DNA of 64,000 bases, taken from an uncultured Alphaproteobacteria bacterium. GTDB taxonomy: Bacteria; Pseudomonadota; Alphaproteobacteria; Methylaequorales; Methylaequoraceae. Both the position numbers and the translations under genes were made by a program. Shown in pieces: positions 10,849-26,664 of this stretch (the stretch's first letter is position 1; the number at the start of each line of letters is the position of its first letter). Under the pieces are notes generated by a model. The model saw only the letters and a list, made by a program, of their open reading frames with translations, did no database searches and was not told the DNA's origin. The stretch spans positions 89,694 through 153,693 of the forward strand of contig CACHGK010000002.1 in NCBI GenBank assembly GCA_902579395.1, written 5' to 3'.

Positions 10849-12810
10849 ATGATATACGAGATTTTATTACCACTCCCCCTCAATAAAACATTTTCATACC
10901 AACACCCCTTTCCTTTCAAATCATCCGATAAATTACTAATAGGTTCTTTGGTAGAAGTTGAGTTCAACAAAAAAATTCTTGTTGGTCTAGTTTCTAATAT
11001 CATAGATTCTGAAAGTTCGAATAGACCTCTCAAAAAAATTAAAAAAATTTGTAACCCTTTTTTTAATAAAGAAATAATTGAAAGTATTAATTTCATATCT
11101 CATTACACTTGTAATAAAAAATCATTAATATTAAAATTATTCCTTTCTGGTTTTTCTAATAGAACTGATTTTTTAAAAATAAAAAGTTTAAAAAAAAATA
11201 AAAAACTTTCTCTGAATACCGATCAAAAGTCAGCTGTAAAATATTTACTAGAAACAAATTTTAAAAAGTTCACAGTGGTACTTCTTGAAGGCGTAACAGG
11301 ATCTGGAAAAACAAGAGTTTATATGAACAAAGCGGAAGAAGTTATTGAGGCTGGTTTTCAATGTTTAATTCTAGTGCCCGAAATAATTTTAACTACTCAA
11401 TGGGTAAAAGAAATTGAAGAAGATTATGGACTTGATGCATTAGTTTACCACTCTTCGATTAAAAAAAAAGAAAGAGAGAAAATCTGGTTTAATGTTAATC
11501 AAAATAAAATAAAATTGATCATAGGCACAAGATCAGCACTTTTTCTTCCATTTTCAAAACTCGGTCTAATTGTTGTGGATGAAGAGCATGACAACTCATA
11601 CAAACAAGAGGAACAAACAATTATAAATGCAAGAGATTTTTCAATTTTAAGGGCCAGAAACTCAAATTGTATGATTATTTTGAGCTCTGCAACACCATCA
11701 ATAGAATCCAGCTACAATGTAAAAATTAAAAAATTCAAACACCTACAATTATCAGAAAGAGTAAATAATCTCTCTCTTCCAAAAATTAATATTATAGATA
11801 TGAGAAACCAAAAAGATTTAATTTCTAGAGATATAATGGAAATAGTAAGTAAGAATATAAAAAATGGCTATCAAACATTAATATATATAAATAAAAGAGG
11901 TTACGCACCATTTGTGATTTGTAAAAATTGTGGTTACACTAAAAACTGTGAGAAATGCAATACATCTCTTGTTCTTCACGATTTAAAAAATAAAAAGGGA
12001 TATTTACTTTGTCATCATTGTAATTACAGAGAAGATTTCCTTAATATATGCGAAACATGCGGTTCTGAGGATAAATTTTCATTCTCCGGAGTGGGAGTTG
12101 AAAAAATTCATGAATTAATCTCTAACGAATTTCCACAATCAGAATCATGTATTTTATCTAGTGACACAATCAAAAATCACGAAAAATTTAAAGATTTGAT
12201 AACTAAAATCATATCAAATAAAATTAATATTATAATTGGAACTCAACTTATCACCAAAGGTCACAATTTCCCGTTTCTAAAAACAGTGATAATTTTAAAT
12301 ATTGATAACCTTCTTAATGACATAAATTTTCGTTCATATGAAAAAACATTTCAACAAATAATACAAGTTTCAGGCAGAGCTGGAAGAAAGAAACTACAAG
12401 GAGAGGTTTTTATTCAAACTTTTCAACCAAATCATCAAGTTATAAAACTATGTAAATCTCAAAACATCAAAAATTTCACTAAATGGGAAATAGAATCAAG
12501 AAAAAAAAATCTACAACCTCCATTCAAGAGTTACATTTCACTAATTTTGATTTCGAAACTCGAAAAAGAGTTGATATCGTTTTCCAACATTATTTCAGAA
12601 AAAATTAAAAAAACATTTAATGAATTAACTGTTTATGGTCCTGCACCAGCTCTGTTGTATAAAAAAAATCTTGATTTTAGATATAGAATATTATTAAAAC
12701 TTGAAAAATCTTCTAAGATTCAAAATAATATTAAGACTTTTCTAATAAATTTACAAACGCCGAGTAAAGTAAGATTATACATTGATGTAGATCCAATAAA
12801 CTTTATATAA
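10849..12810 (+). CDS. priA: Primosomal protein N' (replication restart helicase)
   Basis: LEGVTGSGKT, VDEEHD, SSATPS, four CxxC Zn knuckles, QVSGRAGR, C-terminal IDVDP. Confidence 0.96.
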   Translation: MIYEILLPLPLNKTFSYQHPFPFKSSDKLLIGSLVEVEFNKKILVGLVSNIIDSESSNRPLKKIKKICNPFFNKEIIESINFISHYTCNKKSLILKLFLSGFSNRTDFLKIKSLKKNKKLSLNTDQKSAVKYLLETNFKKFTVVLLEGVTGSGKTRVYMNKAEEVIEAGFQCLILVPEIILTTQWVKEIEEDYGLDALVYHSSIKKKEREKIWFNVNQNKIKLIIGTRSALFLPFSKLGLIVVDEEHDNSYKQEEQTIINARDFSILRARNSNCMIILSSATPSIESSYNVKIKKFKHLQLSERVNNLSLPKINIIDMRNQKDLISRDIMEIVSKNIKNGYQTLIYINKRGYAPFVICKNCGYTKNCEKCNTSLVLHDLKNKKGYLLCHHCNYREDFLNICETCGSEDKFSFSGVGVEKIHELISNEFPQSESCILSSDTIKNHEKFKDLITKIISNKINIIIGTQLITKGHNFPFLKTVIILNIDNLLNDINFRSYEKTFQQIIQVSGRAGRKKLQGEVFIQTFQPNHQVIKLCKSQNIKNFTKWEIESRKKNLQPPFKSYISLILISKLEKELISFSNIISEKIKKTFNELTVYGPAPALLYKKNLDFRYRILLKLEKSSKIQNNIKTFLINLQTPSKVRLYIDVDPINFI

Positions 12811-12877
12811 TAAATTTTCAAATATTGATAAGAACATTTTCTTATGCTAATAACAAAGTTAAATTGTAGAGATAGAC

Positions 12878-13420
12878 TTGACTAAGACATCACAAAATAT
12901 TAATGAGATATGTACCAGATATGCTAAAGCTCTGATTCTATCTTCGCAAGAAAAGAATCAATTAAAAAGTGTTATGGCCGATTTCAATAACTTCAGAAAT
13001 ACAGTTAATAAATCTGAAGATCTTTTGAGGTTTATAGAGAACCCACTCATAAATTCTCAAAAAAAATCGAAAGTCATAAGTATCATCATTAAATCTCTAT
13101 CCTACACAGAAACTTTTCAGGGTTTTATTAAAATTCTCACTAGGCACGGAAAAATTTCTCTTTTTGAAAAAGTTTTTTTTAAATTTAATAATATTATTGA
13201 CCAAGATGAGGGTATTACTGAAATCTTCATTACTACAGCAAACCCATTAGAAACCAAAACTGAACAAAAAATCAAAAAGAAACTTTCTGAATCTCTAGAC
13301 TTAAAGATTAAACTCACAAAAATTGTTGATACTGAAATTATTGGAGGCGTAATAATAAAAATAAAATCCATAATGATAGACAATTCATTAAAATCAAAAC
13401 TAATAGATTTCAAAATTTAA
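12878..13420 (+). CDS. atpH: ATP synthase F1 delta subunit
   Basis: RYAKAL, VDTEIIGGVIIKI, IDNSLKSKL; first gene of the F1 operon. Confidence 0.93.
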   Translation: MTKTSQNINEICTRYAKALILSSQEKNQLKSVMADFNNFRNTVNKSEDLLRFIENPLINSQKKSKVISIIIKSLSYTETFQGFIKILTRHGKISLFEKVFFKFNNIIDQDEGITEIFITTANPLETKTEQKIKKKLSESLDLKIKLTKIVDTEIIGGVIIKIKSIMIDNSLKSKLIDFKI

Positions 13421-13435
13421 AGAAAGGTAAATTTA

Positions 13436-14972
13436 ATGACAATTGATGCATCTGAAATATCAGAAATACTTAAATCCGAAATAAAAGATCTAGGGGATAA
13501 CCCAAAAGTTTCCGAAGTTGGAACTGTTCTAACAGTAGGCGATGGTATAGCAAGAGTGTACGGACTAGACAATGTTCAAGCTGGTGAAATGGTAGAATTT
13601 CCTGGGAAAGTAAAAGGGATGGCCCTTAATTTGGAAGACGACAACGTAGGTGTGGTTATTTTTGGAAGTGATAAATCTATCAAAGAGGGAGATGTGGTTA
13701 AAAGAACAGAATCTATAGTTGAAGTCCCAACAGGCAAATCGCTACTTGGAAGGGTTGTTGACGGGCTGGGCAATCCAATTGATGGAAAAGGACCACTGAA
13801 AAATATAAATTTTAGAAGAGCTGAATTAAAAGCACCTGGAATCATTCCCAGAAAATCAGTTCATGAACCGATGCAAACTGGTATTAAGGCAATAGACAGT
13901 CTTATACCAATAGGTCGTGGTCAAAGGGAATTGATCATTGGAGACAGACAAACTGGTAAAACATCAGTAATTGTGGACACCATAATCAATCAAAAAGAAG
14001 TAAATGAGTCGGATGATGAATCAAAAAAACTTTATTGTATATATGTATCAATTGGTCAAAAAAGATCTACTGTAGCTCAGATTGTTAAGACACTTGAAGA
14101 CAATAACGCCATGAAGTACTCTATTGTAGTTGCTGCAACAGCCTCCGATCCGGCGCCACTTCAATTCTTGGCTCCTTACACTGGATGTGCCATGGGAGAA
14201 TATTTTAGAGATAACGGAATGCATGCGGTTATTTTTTACGATGATTTATCAAAGCAAGCTGTAGCATACAGACAAATGTCTTTATTACTTAGAAGACCTC
14301 CTGGAAGAGAAGCATTTCCTGGTGATGTCTTTTATATTCACTCAAGATTACTTGAAAGGGCAGCTAAAATGGGAGAGGAAAATGGTTTGGGTTCTCTAAC
14401 ATCTCTACCAGTGATTGAGACCCAAGCGGGTGATGTCTCAGCATATATACCCACTAATGTTATCTCGATAACTGATGGTCAAATTTTCTTAGAAACTGAA
14501 TTATTTTTTAAAGGCATCAGACCTGCTGTTAATGTAGGTCTTTCTGTAAGTAGAGTTGGGTCTGCGGCTCAAATAAAAGCTATGAAACAAGTATCTGGTT
14601 CTATCAAACTTGATCTTGCTCAATTTAGAGAAATGGAGTCATTTTCTCAATTTGCATCAGACCTTGATCAATCAACCAGAAATCTTCTTGAAAGAGGAAG
14701 GAGGTTAACAGAAATTTTAAAACAACCTCAATACTCCCCCCTTAAAGTAGAAGAACAAGTTGTAGTTATTTTTTCTGGAGTAAAAGGTTTTTTAGATAAT
14801 ATTGAAATCTCAGATATCACAAAGTTTGAGTCGTATCTTCTCAAAAAAGTAAGAACTGATGGAAAAATTATTCTTGAAGAAATAAAGAAAAAGCAGGCAA
14901 TAAGTGATGACTTGGAAAAAAAACTTAATATATTTTTAGAAAAAACAGCTAAAAATTTCCTAGAGGAAAATA

Positions 14973-14986
<14 letters not shown>
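13436..14986 (+). CDS. atpA: ATP synthase F1 alpha subunit
   Basis: [21 protein letters not shown]. Confidence 0.99.
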
Positions 14987-17287
<2,301 letters not shown>

Positions 17288-17293
17288 ATTGCA

Positions 17294-17626
17294 ATGACTT
17301 TGAATTTAGAAATAATTTCACCACAAAATATTTTTTACAGCCAGGAAGTCGAGTTAGTTATTCTTCCAGGCATTGAGGGTGATTTTGGTGTTTTAAAAAA
17401 CCACATGCCCTTATTAACTTATTTAAGACTTGGGATAATATATGTATATAAACAAAAAAAACTTATGAATTCTTTTTTAGTTAATGGTGGTATAGTTGAA
17501 GTCTTAGATAATAAATGCACATTATTGACCGAAGATATTTTAGAGTCAAAAGATTTTAAAGTTCAATCTGATAGCAATATAGAAAAACTTAAATTAAAGT
17601 TGACGAAAAATTTACACTACAAATGA
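17294..17626 (+). CDS. atpC: ATP synthase F1 epsilon subunit (short C-terminus)
   Basis: LEIISP, LPGIEGDFGVLKNHMPL, VNGGIVEV; follows atpD. Confidence 0.92.
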   Translation: MTLNLEIISPQNIFYSQEVELVILPGIEGDFGVLKNHMPLLTYLRLGIIYVYKQKKLMNSFLVNGGIVEVLDNKCTLLTEDILESKDFKVQSDSNIEKLKLKLTKNLHYK

Positions 17627-18099
17627 TCAACAAACTTTTTAAACTCATTTATAACTGAGGTATAAAGTTTTTTTTTAAATGGAACAACCAACTCAATTGA
17701 TTCAAATGGATTTATCCATTTCCACTCACAAAATTCAGGTTTACCAAAACCTTTAATATTTATCTGATTGTCATTACCTTCAAATCGGCAGGCAAACCAT
17801 ATTTGTTTTTGTCCTACGTACTTACCTTTCCAAATAACACTTATTAACTCTTTTGGAAGTTTATATTTTAGCCACTTTTTAGTTTTACCAATTATTTTAT
17901 AATCAGTTTTTAGCCCGGTCTCCTCCATCAGTTCTCTTTTCATTGCTTTTTCGGGTGTTTCTTTATGATCAATTCCTCCTTGGGGCATTTGCCAGTAATC
18001 ATTTTTATAATCTAATCTTTTTCCTACCCAGAGTTTATTTTCACTATTGATGAGAAAAATACCTACTCCTCTTCGATAATTCACAACATTCATTATCAT
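17617..18099 (-). CDS. rppH: RNA pyrophosphohydrolase (Nudix)
   Basis: YRRGVGI, WQMPQGGID...RELMEETG, GQKQIWF, VVPFKK. Confidence 0.93.
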   Translation of the reverse strand: MIMNVVNYRRGVGIFLINSENKLWVGKRLDYKNDYWQMPQGGIDHKETPEKAMKRELMEETGLKTDYKIIGKTKKWLKYKLPKELISVIWKGKYVGQKQIWFACRFEGNDNQINIKGFGKPEFCEWKWINPFESIELVVPFKKKLYTSVINEFKKFVDHL

Positions 18100-18108
18100 A
18101 AATTATAT

Positions 18109-19362
18109 TTAATTTATTGGTTTTTTTACTAAATTTAGAGCCAAAATTAGATCAAAAGCTCTAGTCAGTTGATAATCATCTACATCGTCTTCTGCATTTT
18201 GAGATTCAGTTTGATTTTTATCACCTGTATCACTTTTTGATTGTTCATTATCAATTGCACCTCTTAAATCAGATTCTTTTCTGGTCGACCTTTCTTCAAC
18301 TTTCTTTAACTCAACTTGTTCAACTAAAATATCAGGATCAATACCAGTTTTTTGGATTGATTTTCCTGATGGAGTATAATATTTTGCTGTTGTTAGCTTT
18401 AAAGCAACATCTTCACCAGAGGGAATTATTGTTTGAACAGATCCTTTACCAAAAGATTTGGTTCCCATTATAATAGCCCTTTTATGATCTTGTAATGCAC
18501 CAGCAACAATCTCAGATGCTGAAGCACTGCCTTGGTTAATTAAAACAACCAAGGGCAAACCATTTATCAGATCACTCTTAACTGCATTGTATCTACTTCC
18601 TTGTTTTCCATTCCTTCCTCTTGTTGATACAATTTCTCCTCTCTCAAGGAAGATATCTGTTACATTAACAGCCTGATCTAGAAGCCCTCCCGGATTATTT
18701 CTTAAATCAAGAACATACCCGATTAAATTCTTATTTTTAAAACTTTTGATGGAATTTATTATTTCTCTGTCAACTTTTTGGTTAAATGACGATACCCTAA
18801 TATAGCCTATGTTGTTTTCAACATTTGCCTTTACAGCCTTTAATTGAATTATGGCTCTGGTAATTGTAATTTGTAAATTTTCATTTTCGTTTCTGTTTAC
18901 AGTGAGTTTTATTTTCGACCCAACTTTCCCCCTCATTATGGATACAGCTTCTGATAATGTCATTCCTAGAACAGGTTCATCGTCAAGATGAGTAATCAAA
19001 TCTCCCGCCTTAATACCTGCTTTTGCGGCTGGAGTATCATCTATTGGTGAGATAACTTTAACAAAACCGTTTTCAAGAGTGACTTCTATTCCTAACCCAC
19101 CAAATTCTCCTTTAGTTTGAACTTTAAGTTCATTTAATTCATCATAGTTCAAATAAGTTGAATGTGGATCAAGTGAACTTAACATTCCTTCGATAGCTGA
19201 TTCTATAAGTTCTTTAGATGTAACGTCTTCCACATAATTATTTTTAATTTTTTCAAAAGCCTCTCCAAATAAGTTTAAATATTTATAAACATCTCTGTCC
19301 TCTTCAGCTGAAGAGAGAAATGGAAAATAGCAAAAGAACAATAAAGTAAATAATTTTTTCAT
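18109..19362 (-). CDS. ctpA: Carboxy-terminal processing protease (S41)
   Basis: LDPHS, PDZ GGLGIEV, LDLRNNPGGLL, SASASEIV, FGKGSVQ. Confidence 0.93.
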   Translation of the reverse strand: MKKLFTLLFFCYFPFLSSAEEDRDVYKYLNLFGEAFEKIKNNYVEDVTSKELIESAIEGMLSSLDPHSTYLNYDELNELKVQTKGEFGGLGIEVTLENGFVKVISPIDDTPAAKAGIKAGDLITHLDDEPVLGMTLSEAVSIMRGKVGSKIKLTVNRNENENLQITITRAIIQLKAVKANVENNIGYIRVSSFNQKVDREIINSIKSFKNKNLIGYVLDLRNNPGGLLDQAVNVTDIFLERGEIVSTRGRNGKQGSRYNAVKSDLINGLPLVVLINQGSASASEIVAGALQDHKRAIIMGTKSFGKGSVQTIIPSGEDVALKLTTAKYYTPSGKSIQKTGIDPDILVEQVELKKVEERSTRKESDLRGAIDNEQSKSDTGDKNQTESQNAEDDVDDYQLTRAFDLILALNLVKKPIN

Positions 19363-19394
19363 AATATATATATAGTGTTGATTATGCAGTTTTT

Positions 19395-20405
19395 TTATAA
19401 TATCTCAACTTTTGATTTTGGATCAACAATTTTTCCATTTTCTCTTAACTCAAAATAAAGCTGACTTTTGATATTAGATGAAATTTTTGCGATAGGCTCT
19501 CCAACTAGAACCTCATTTCCAGTAGAAATAAGTAAGTTTCTCATTCCTATTAATACAGACGTAAAACCTTTATCATTTTTTATCATTACTAAATTACCAA
19601 AACTCTTAAATTTATTTGCATAAACAACAGTTCCATTCATTGGAGACATAACAAATGAATCCTCTTTCACTACAAAAACCATTCCGTTTTTAAGTTTGTG
19701 TTGATCTTTTCCCTCCCCAAAATCAGATAGTACCTGTCCCATTACTGGCATCCTAATTTTTAATCTAATTTTTGAAATAATTTTTCTTTTTGTTTGAGTC
19801 GCGTTGACAAGATCGTTCAAATTTTTTGCTTTTTTTCTTAATTTATTTGCTTCAATCTTTAACTTTTTATTAGGTTTTACTTTCTTTTGGAGCTTGGCCA
19901 CCTCAATAATTTTTTTCTCTAGCTTATTTAGTTTCTGGTTGAGAGCCCTTTTTTTTCTTTTATAATTTTCCAATTCCTTGGCAAGATCTTTGTCGATAGA
20001 TTTTAAGCTTTCAAGATTCAAAAAATATTCATTGATGCCAGTTTTTACTTTTTTTAAAAAAAACTCCCTTAAAATCTGCTTAGTAATCAGGTCATCTGAT
20101 GAATTATTAAAACTTTTTGAAATCCTAGTGAATTGATTAGTATAAAATTTGTCTTGTAGGAAAAAAATTATTCTTCTTCCTAATAAGTCTTTGTCTTTGA
20201 TTTGTCTGTTAAATATTATTTTTTTTTGGGTATTCTTGTCTATATCTATCTTAATTTTTTCTAATTCTTTATTATTTTTTAGTATTTCGTTATGAATCTG
20301 AACAGTTTGTTTCTTTAAACCATTCAATTTAAGTTTTATTTTAGGTTCTTCTGGAGAGGATTCTTTGTAAAAAAAAATGCAAATTAAGAAAAAAAATATT
20401 TTCAT
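19395..20405 (-). CDS. envC: Murein hydrolase activator EnvC-like (coiled coil plus degenerate M23 domain)
   Basis: Signal peptide, long coiled coil, C-terminal SPMNGTVVYA...FGNLVMI...LYFELRENGKIVDP; between gpmI and ctpA. Confidence 0.8.
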   Translation of the reverse strand: MKIFFFLICIFFYKESSPEEPKIKLKLNGLKKQTVQIHNEILKNNKELEKIKIDIDKNTQKKIIFNRQIKDKDLLGRRIIFFLQDKFYTNQFTRISKSFNNSSDDLITKQILREFFLKKVKTGINEYFLNLESLKSIDKDLAKELENYKRKKRALNQKLNKLEKKIIEVAKLQKKVKPNKKLKIEANKLRKKAKNLNDLVNATQTKRKIISKIRLKIRMPVMGQVLSDFGEGKDQHKLKNGMVFVVKEDSFVMSPMNGTVVYANKFKSFGNLVMIKNDKGFTSVLIGMRNLLISTGNEVLVGEPIAKISSNIKSQLYFELRENGKIVDPKSKVEIL

Positions 20406-21907
20406 TTTATTAAAGGAATCCCATCCATTTCTGTTGGAATCTTCACATTTAACATTTTCAGGATTGTAGGCGCTATATCTGCCAAATTTCCCGACTTGAC
20501 GTTAAAGTTTACATTATCACAGATAATAAAAGGAACTGGATTAATTGAGTGAGTGGTACATGCTAAATTTTTTTTATTATCATACATATTATCTGCATTT
20601 CCATGATCTGATGTAATAATGAGCGAATATCCATTGTCTTTACAACTCTCATATATTTCACCCAAACATTTATCAACAACTTCAACAGCTTTTATTGTTG
20701 CTTGAATGTCCCCTGTGTGACCTACCATATCGGGATTAGCAAAATTTGTAACTATCAAGTCATGTTTTTTTTTCTGTAAATTCTCTAAAACTTTATCTTT
20801 AACTTCAAATGCTGACATTTCAGGCTTTCGATCATATGTTTCAACTCTCGGAGAGGGAACTAAAATTCTATCCTCTCCTTCAAATTTTTCCTCTACTCCC
20901 CCATTAAAAAAATAAGTAACATGAGCATATTTCTCTGTCTCAGCAATACGTAATTGTTTCAGTCCATTTGATGAAATAACTTCCCCAATAGTATTTTTTA
21001 TCTCAATACTTTCAAAAATTGGTTTAATTTTTTTTCTTAATCTCTTTGAATATTCAACCATACTAATAGGATTGAAAAATTGAGGTTTAATTTTTCTATC
21101 AAAAAAATTAAAATCTTCGTCAAAAATTGAGGATAAAATTTCTCTCACTCTGTCTGCTCTGTAATTAGTTATAAAAAAACCATCTCCATCCAATGCTCCT
21201 TTATAATTTGCGAAATTAGTTGCTTCGAAAAATTCGTCCGTTACATGTTTATCATAACTTTCCTGGATAGCCATTAAATGGTCTTCTTTTTTAGGAGCCC
21301 CTCCCTCTATTATTGCTTTGTAAGCTTTTTCAATCCTCTCCCATCTATTATCACGATCTAAGGCAAAAAAACGTCCTATTAAGCTGGTCACTTTTATATT
21401 TTGCCTTTTTCCTATTTTTTTTAATAATAATTTTACATTTTCAAATCCACCTAAAGGAGAACTATCTCTTCCATCTAAAATACAATGAATAAAAATTTTT
21501 GGATTATTCTTATTTAAAATTTCTATCAATTCAAACAAATGATTCTGATGTCCATGAACTCCTCCATCTGAAATTAAACCTATAACATGTATTCTTTTGC
21601 ATTTTTTAATAACTTCATTAATAATTTCTTTATTTCTTATTGTGTTATTTCTAAAAGCTTCTGATATTCGCATAATATCTTGAAGGATAATTCTTCCTGC
21701 ACCAATATTTGTATGTCCAACCTCAGAATTCCCAAATTGTCCTTTTGGAAGACCAACACTATTCTCCGAAGCTTTCAATTTAATGAATCCAAACTTTTGT
21801 GATAATAACTTAAAATTTTTAATTCTTGCCTTAAAGATAGCGTTTTGCGAATGATTTTCTCCTAAGCCCCATCCATCAAGAATACATAACAAGATCCTTT
21901 TTGACAT
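20402..21907 (-). CDS. gpmI: 2,3-bisphosphoglycerate-independent phosphoglycerate mutase
   Basis: ILDGWG, GNSEVGH, AETEKYAHVTYFFNGG, NPDMVGHTG, TSDHGN. Confidence 0.97.
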   Translation of the reverse strand: MSKRILLCILDGWGLGENHSQNAIFKARIKNFKLLSQKFGFIKLKASENSVGLPKGQFGNSEVGHTNIGAGRIILQDIMRISEAFRNNTIRNKEIINEVIKKCKRIHVIGLISDGGVHGHQNHLFELIEILNKNNPKIFIHCILDGRDSSPLGGFENVKLLLKKIGKRQNIKVTSLIGRFFALDRDNRWERIEKAYKAIIEGGAPKKEDHLMAIQESYDKHVTDEFFEATNFANYKGALDGDGFFITNYRADRVREILSSIFDEDFNFFDRKIKPQFFNPISMVEYSKRLRKKIKPIFESIEIKNTIGEVISSNGLKQLRIAETEKYAHVTYFFNGGVEEKFEGEDRILVPSPRVETYDRKPEMSAFEVKDKVLENLQKKKHDLIVTNFANPDMVGHTGDIQATIKAVEVVDKCLGEIYESCKDNGYSLIITSDHGNADNMYDNKKNLACTTHSINPVPFIICDNVNFNVKSGNLADIAPTILKMLNVKIPTEMDGIPLIK

Positions 21908-21915
21908 ATATTTTC

Positions 21916-22362
21916 TTATTTATGATATTGAGAATTTTTTATAATTTCGAAAGCCCTATATATTTGTTCGATTAACATAACTCTAACCAATAAATGAGGC
22001 CATGTCTGATTCCCGAAAGAAATAGTTTGAAATGAATTTTTAAAATAATCATCTAATCCCTCCTCTCCACCAATTATAAAATTTAATCTTTTGTAGCCAT
22101 TATCTATCTTGGATTTAAGAGTTTTAGAGAATTGGAAACTGGTCATACTATCTCCAAATTGGTCTAATGTTATAACATAATCATCTTTATCAATATGCTT
22201 CAATATCTCGTCTTTCTCTAGTTTTTTTTTTTTTTCTTTTGAAAATAATTTTAATTCAATCAAATCTGTATTCACACTTATCCTTTTTTTATAATAATCA
22301 AATATTGATCTATGTGGTTGATTTAATTTAAATTTACCTATTGATAAAATATTAATTTTCAT
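21916..22362 (-). CDS. rlmH: 23S rRNA pseudouridine-1915 N3-methyltransferase
   Basis: FIIGGEEG, TWPHLLVRVMLIEQIYRA, C-terminal YHK. Confidence 0.95.
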   Translation of the reverse strand: MKINILSIGKFKLNQPHRSIFDYYKKRISVNTDLIELKLFSKEKKKKLEKDEILKHIDKDDYVITLDQFGDSMTSFQFSKTLKSKIDNGYKRLNFIIGGEEGLDDYFKNSFQTISFGNQTWPHLLVRVMLIEQIYRAFEIIKNSQYHK

Positions 22363-22365
22363 TCT

Positions 22366-22722
22366 TTAACCAAATCCTACTTTTTCTTCTTTCAAATCGT
22401 TGTTTTTCCAAATCTTTTCCAGTGCATAATGCTCTCTCGTCTCAGGTTTAAAAACGTTAAGTATTACATCTCCAAAATCAACTATTAGCCAATCTGTTGA
22501 CTTTAAACCCTCTGTGGAAATAACATTCTTTTTATTTGATTTGACTACATTATTTACAATTGCGTTTATGTGTCGTGAAGACGTCCCACTTACAATTATC
22601 ATATAATCAGCCAGAGCACTTCTATTTTTAACATTGATAACTTCAATATTAAAACCCTTTGATTTTTCAAGATCTTTAACAATTTTCTTTAAAAGGTTTT
22701 TAACCAATGATTTTTTTTTCAT
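22366..22722 (-). CDS. rsfS: Ribosomal silencing factor (Iojap)
   Basis: ADYMIIVSGTSSRH, WLIVDFGDVILNVF, REHYALEKIW. Confidence 0.95.
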   Translation of the reverse strand: MKKKSLVKNLLKKIVKDLEKSKGFNIEVINVKNRSALADYMIIVSGTSSRHINAIVNNVVKSNKKNVISTEGLKSTDWLIVDFGDVILNVFKPETREHYALEKIWKNNDLKEEKVGFG

Positions 22723-23288
22723 CTATTTTTTCTAATTTTTGATGAAGATTTATGATTTTTAAGACCACTAATGAATGACCACATTGGAAGAGAAATATTT
22801 TTCGTTTTTTCTGATATAAAATTTTTAATTCTTGCTTTCCTAAAAAAATGCAATGCTTTACTTTTTGTAATATTAAAAGAGTAAGATGGACGATCAAAAA
22901 TTGCAATCGGAATATTATAAAAAATTTCTTTCCAATGTTTCCATAAATGCAATTTCTCAACATTATCAGCACCCATTAGCCATATAAATTTTTTTTTTTT
23001 AAATTTTTCTTTAAGATAAAAAATCGTATCAATAGCATATAAATTTTTTTCTTCATCAACCTCTACAACTTTGATTTTTCTTCCATCTAAAAAATTCTTT
23101 ACCAGTTTAACTCTTTTTTTATAATTACTACTTTTAGCTTTAAGTGGATTTTTTTTTGTGACAATCCACCATACTTCAAGAAGGTCAAGTTTTTTTAAGG
23201 CATATTTACTTATAAAAATATGACCATCATGCGGTGGGTCAAAAGTTCCACCAAGAATACCAATATATTTTTTATTAAAAGTACTCAA
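22719..23288 (-). CDS. nadD: Nicotinate-nucleotide adenylyltransferase
   Basis: GILGGTFDPPHDGH, WLMGADN, SSSKIR. Confidence 0.93.
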   Translation of the reverse strand: MSTFNKKYIGILGGTFDPPHDGHIFISKYALKKLDLLEVWWIVTKKNPLKAKSSNYKKRVKLVKNFLDGRKIKVVEVDEEKNLYAIDTIFYLKEKFKKKKFIWLMGADNVEKLHLWKHWKEIFYNIPIAIFDRPSYSFNITKSKALHFFRKARIKNFISEKTKNISLPMWSFISGLKNHKSSSKIRKNR

Positions 23289-23289
23289 A

Positions 23290-24550
23290 CTATGGTCTAA
23301 CTTGTCCTTTCCCCCTAACTTTATATTTGAAACTGGTTAATTGAGCCACACCAACTGGTCCTCTAGCATGGACTTTTGATGTTGAGATTCCAATTTCCGC
23401 TCCCATTCCAAACTCTCCTCCATCAGCAAACTGTGTTGAGGTATTGTGCATTACAATTCCACTGTCAACATTATTCAGAAAGTATTCTGCTACCTCTGAG
23501 TCTTCTGAAATTATAGCATCTGTATGACCAGATCCAAATTGATTAACGTGCTTGATAGCCTCTTCTGGTCCTTTTTGAATTGTTTTAATTGAGACTATTT
23601 TATCAAGATATTCAGTAGACCAATCTTCAAGGCTTGCAGGTAAAACAAATGAATCTATTTTTCTTACATGATCGTCACCTCGAATTTCACAACCTAATTT
23701 TTTTAAAGAGTTTATGACTTTAGGAATATGTGATTCTAAAACTTCTTCATCACATAAAATTGTTTCTGTAGCCCCACAAATACCAGGTCTTCTCATTTTG
23801 GCATTTACAACAACTCTCTCGCAAATATCTGGATCAGATGACTTGTGAATATAAGTGTGACAAATACCATCAAGATGTTTAATTACATGCACCCGACTTT
23901 CTTCACTTACTCTCTCAATCAAGGATCTCCCACCTCTTGGGATTATAACATCTATAAATTTATCCATTTTTAACATTACACCTACTGCCAACCTATCAGT
24001 TGTTGGAATATTTTGTAATGCCCCATCAGGCAAGCCAAATTTTTCCATTGATTGTTTTATCAATTTTACTAATTTGTTTGAGGATCTAAAACTCTCTTTC
24101 CCCCCCCTAAGAATGAGAGTGTTTCCTGATTTAAGACATAAAGCTGCTGCATCCGCAGCAACATTAGGTCTGGATTCGTAAATAACTCCAATAACACCCA
24201 AAGGTATTGAAACTCTCTCAATTTTTAATCCATTTGGTCTACTCCATCGTCCAAGAACTTTTCCAATGGGATCTTCGAGTTTTGCAATATCAATTAGTCC
24301 TTCACAAATGTTGTCAATTCTACCAGAATCTAGCAGAAGTCTGTCTAACAAGGCTGAGTTTAGACTACTTTTGTGTTCTTCAATATCTTTCGAATTTTCT
24401 TCAATTAAGGATTCTTTATTATTTCTTATATTTTCTGCTGCTTGAATTATAACTTGATTCTTTACTTTTGTTGGAAGCAAAGAAACATCCAATGAAGAAT
24501 TTTTTGCTTTGGCTCCAATTTCTAAAACTTCTTTTTCGATCTGATTCTTT

Positions 24551-24558
<8 letters not shown>
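23290..24558 (-). CDS. proA: Gamma-glutamyl phosphate reductase
   Basis: PLGVIGVIYESRPNV, ICGATE, FADGGEFGMGAEIGIST, ARGPVG. Confidence 0.97.
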
Positions 24559-26655
<2,097 letters not shown>

Positions 26656-26664
26656 TTAAATAAA

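Noticed and set aside
19395-20405. M23 domain lacking Zn-binding His residues
   Set aside because: Expected for EnvC, which is a catalytically inactive activator
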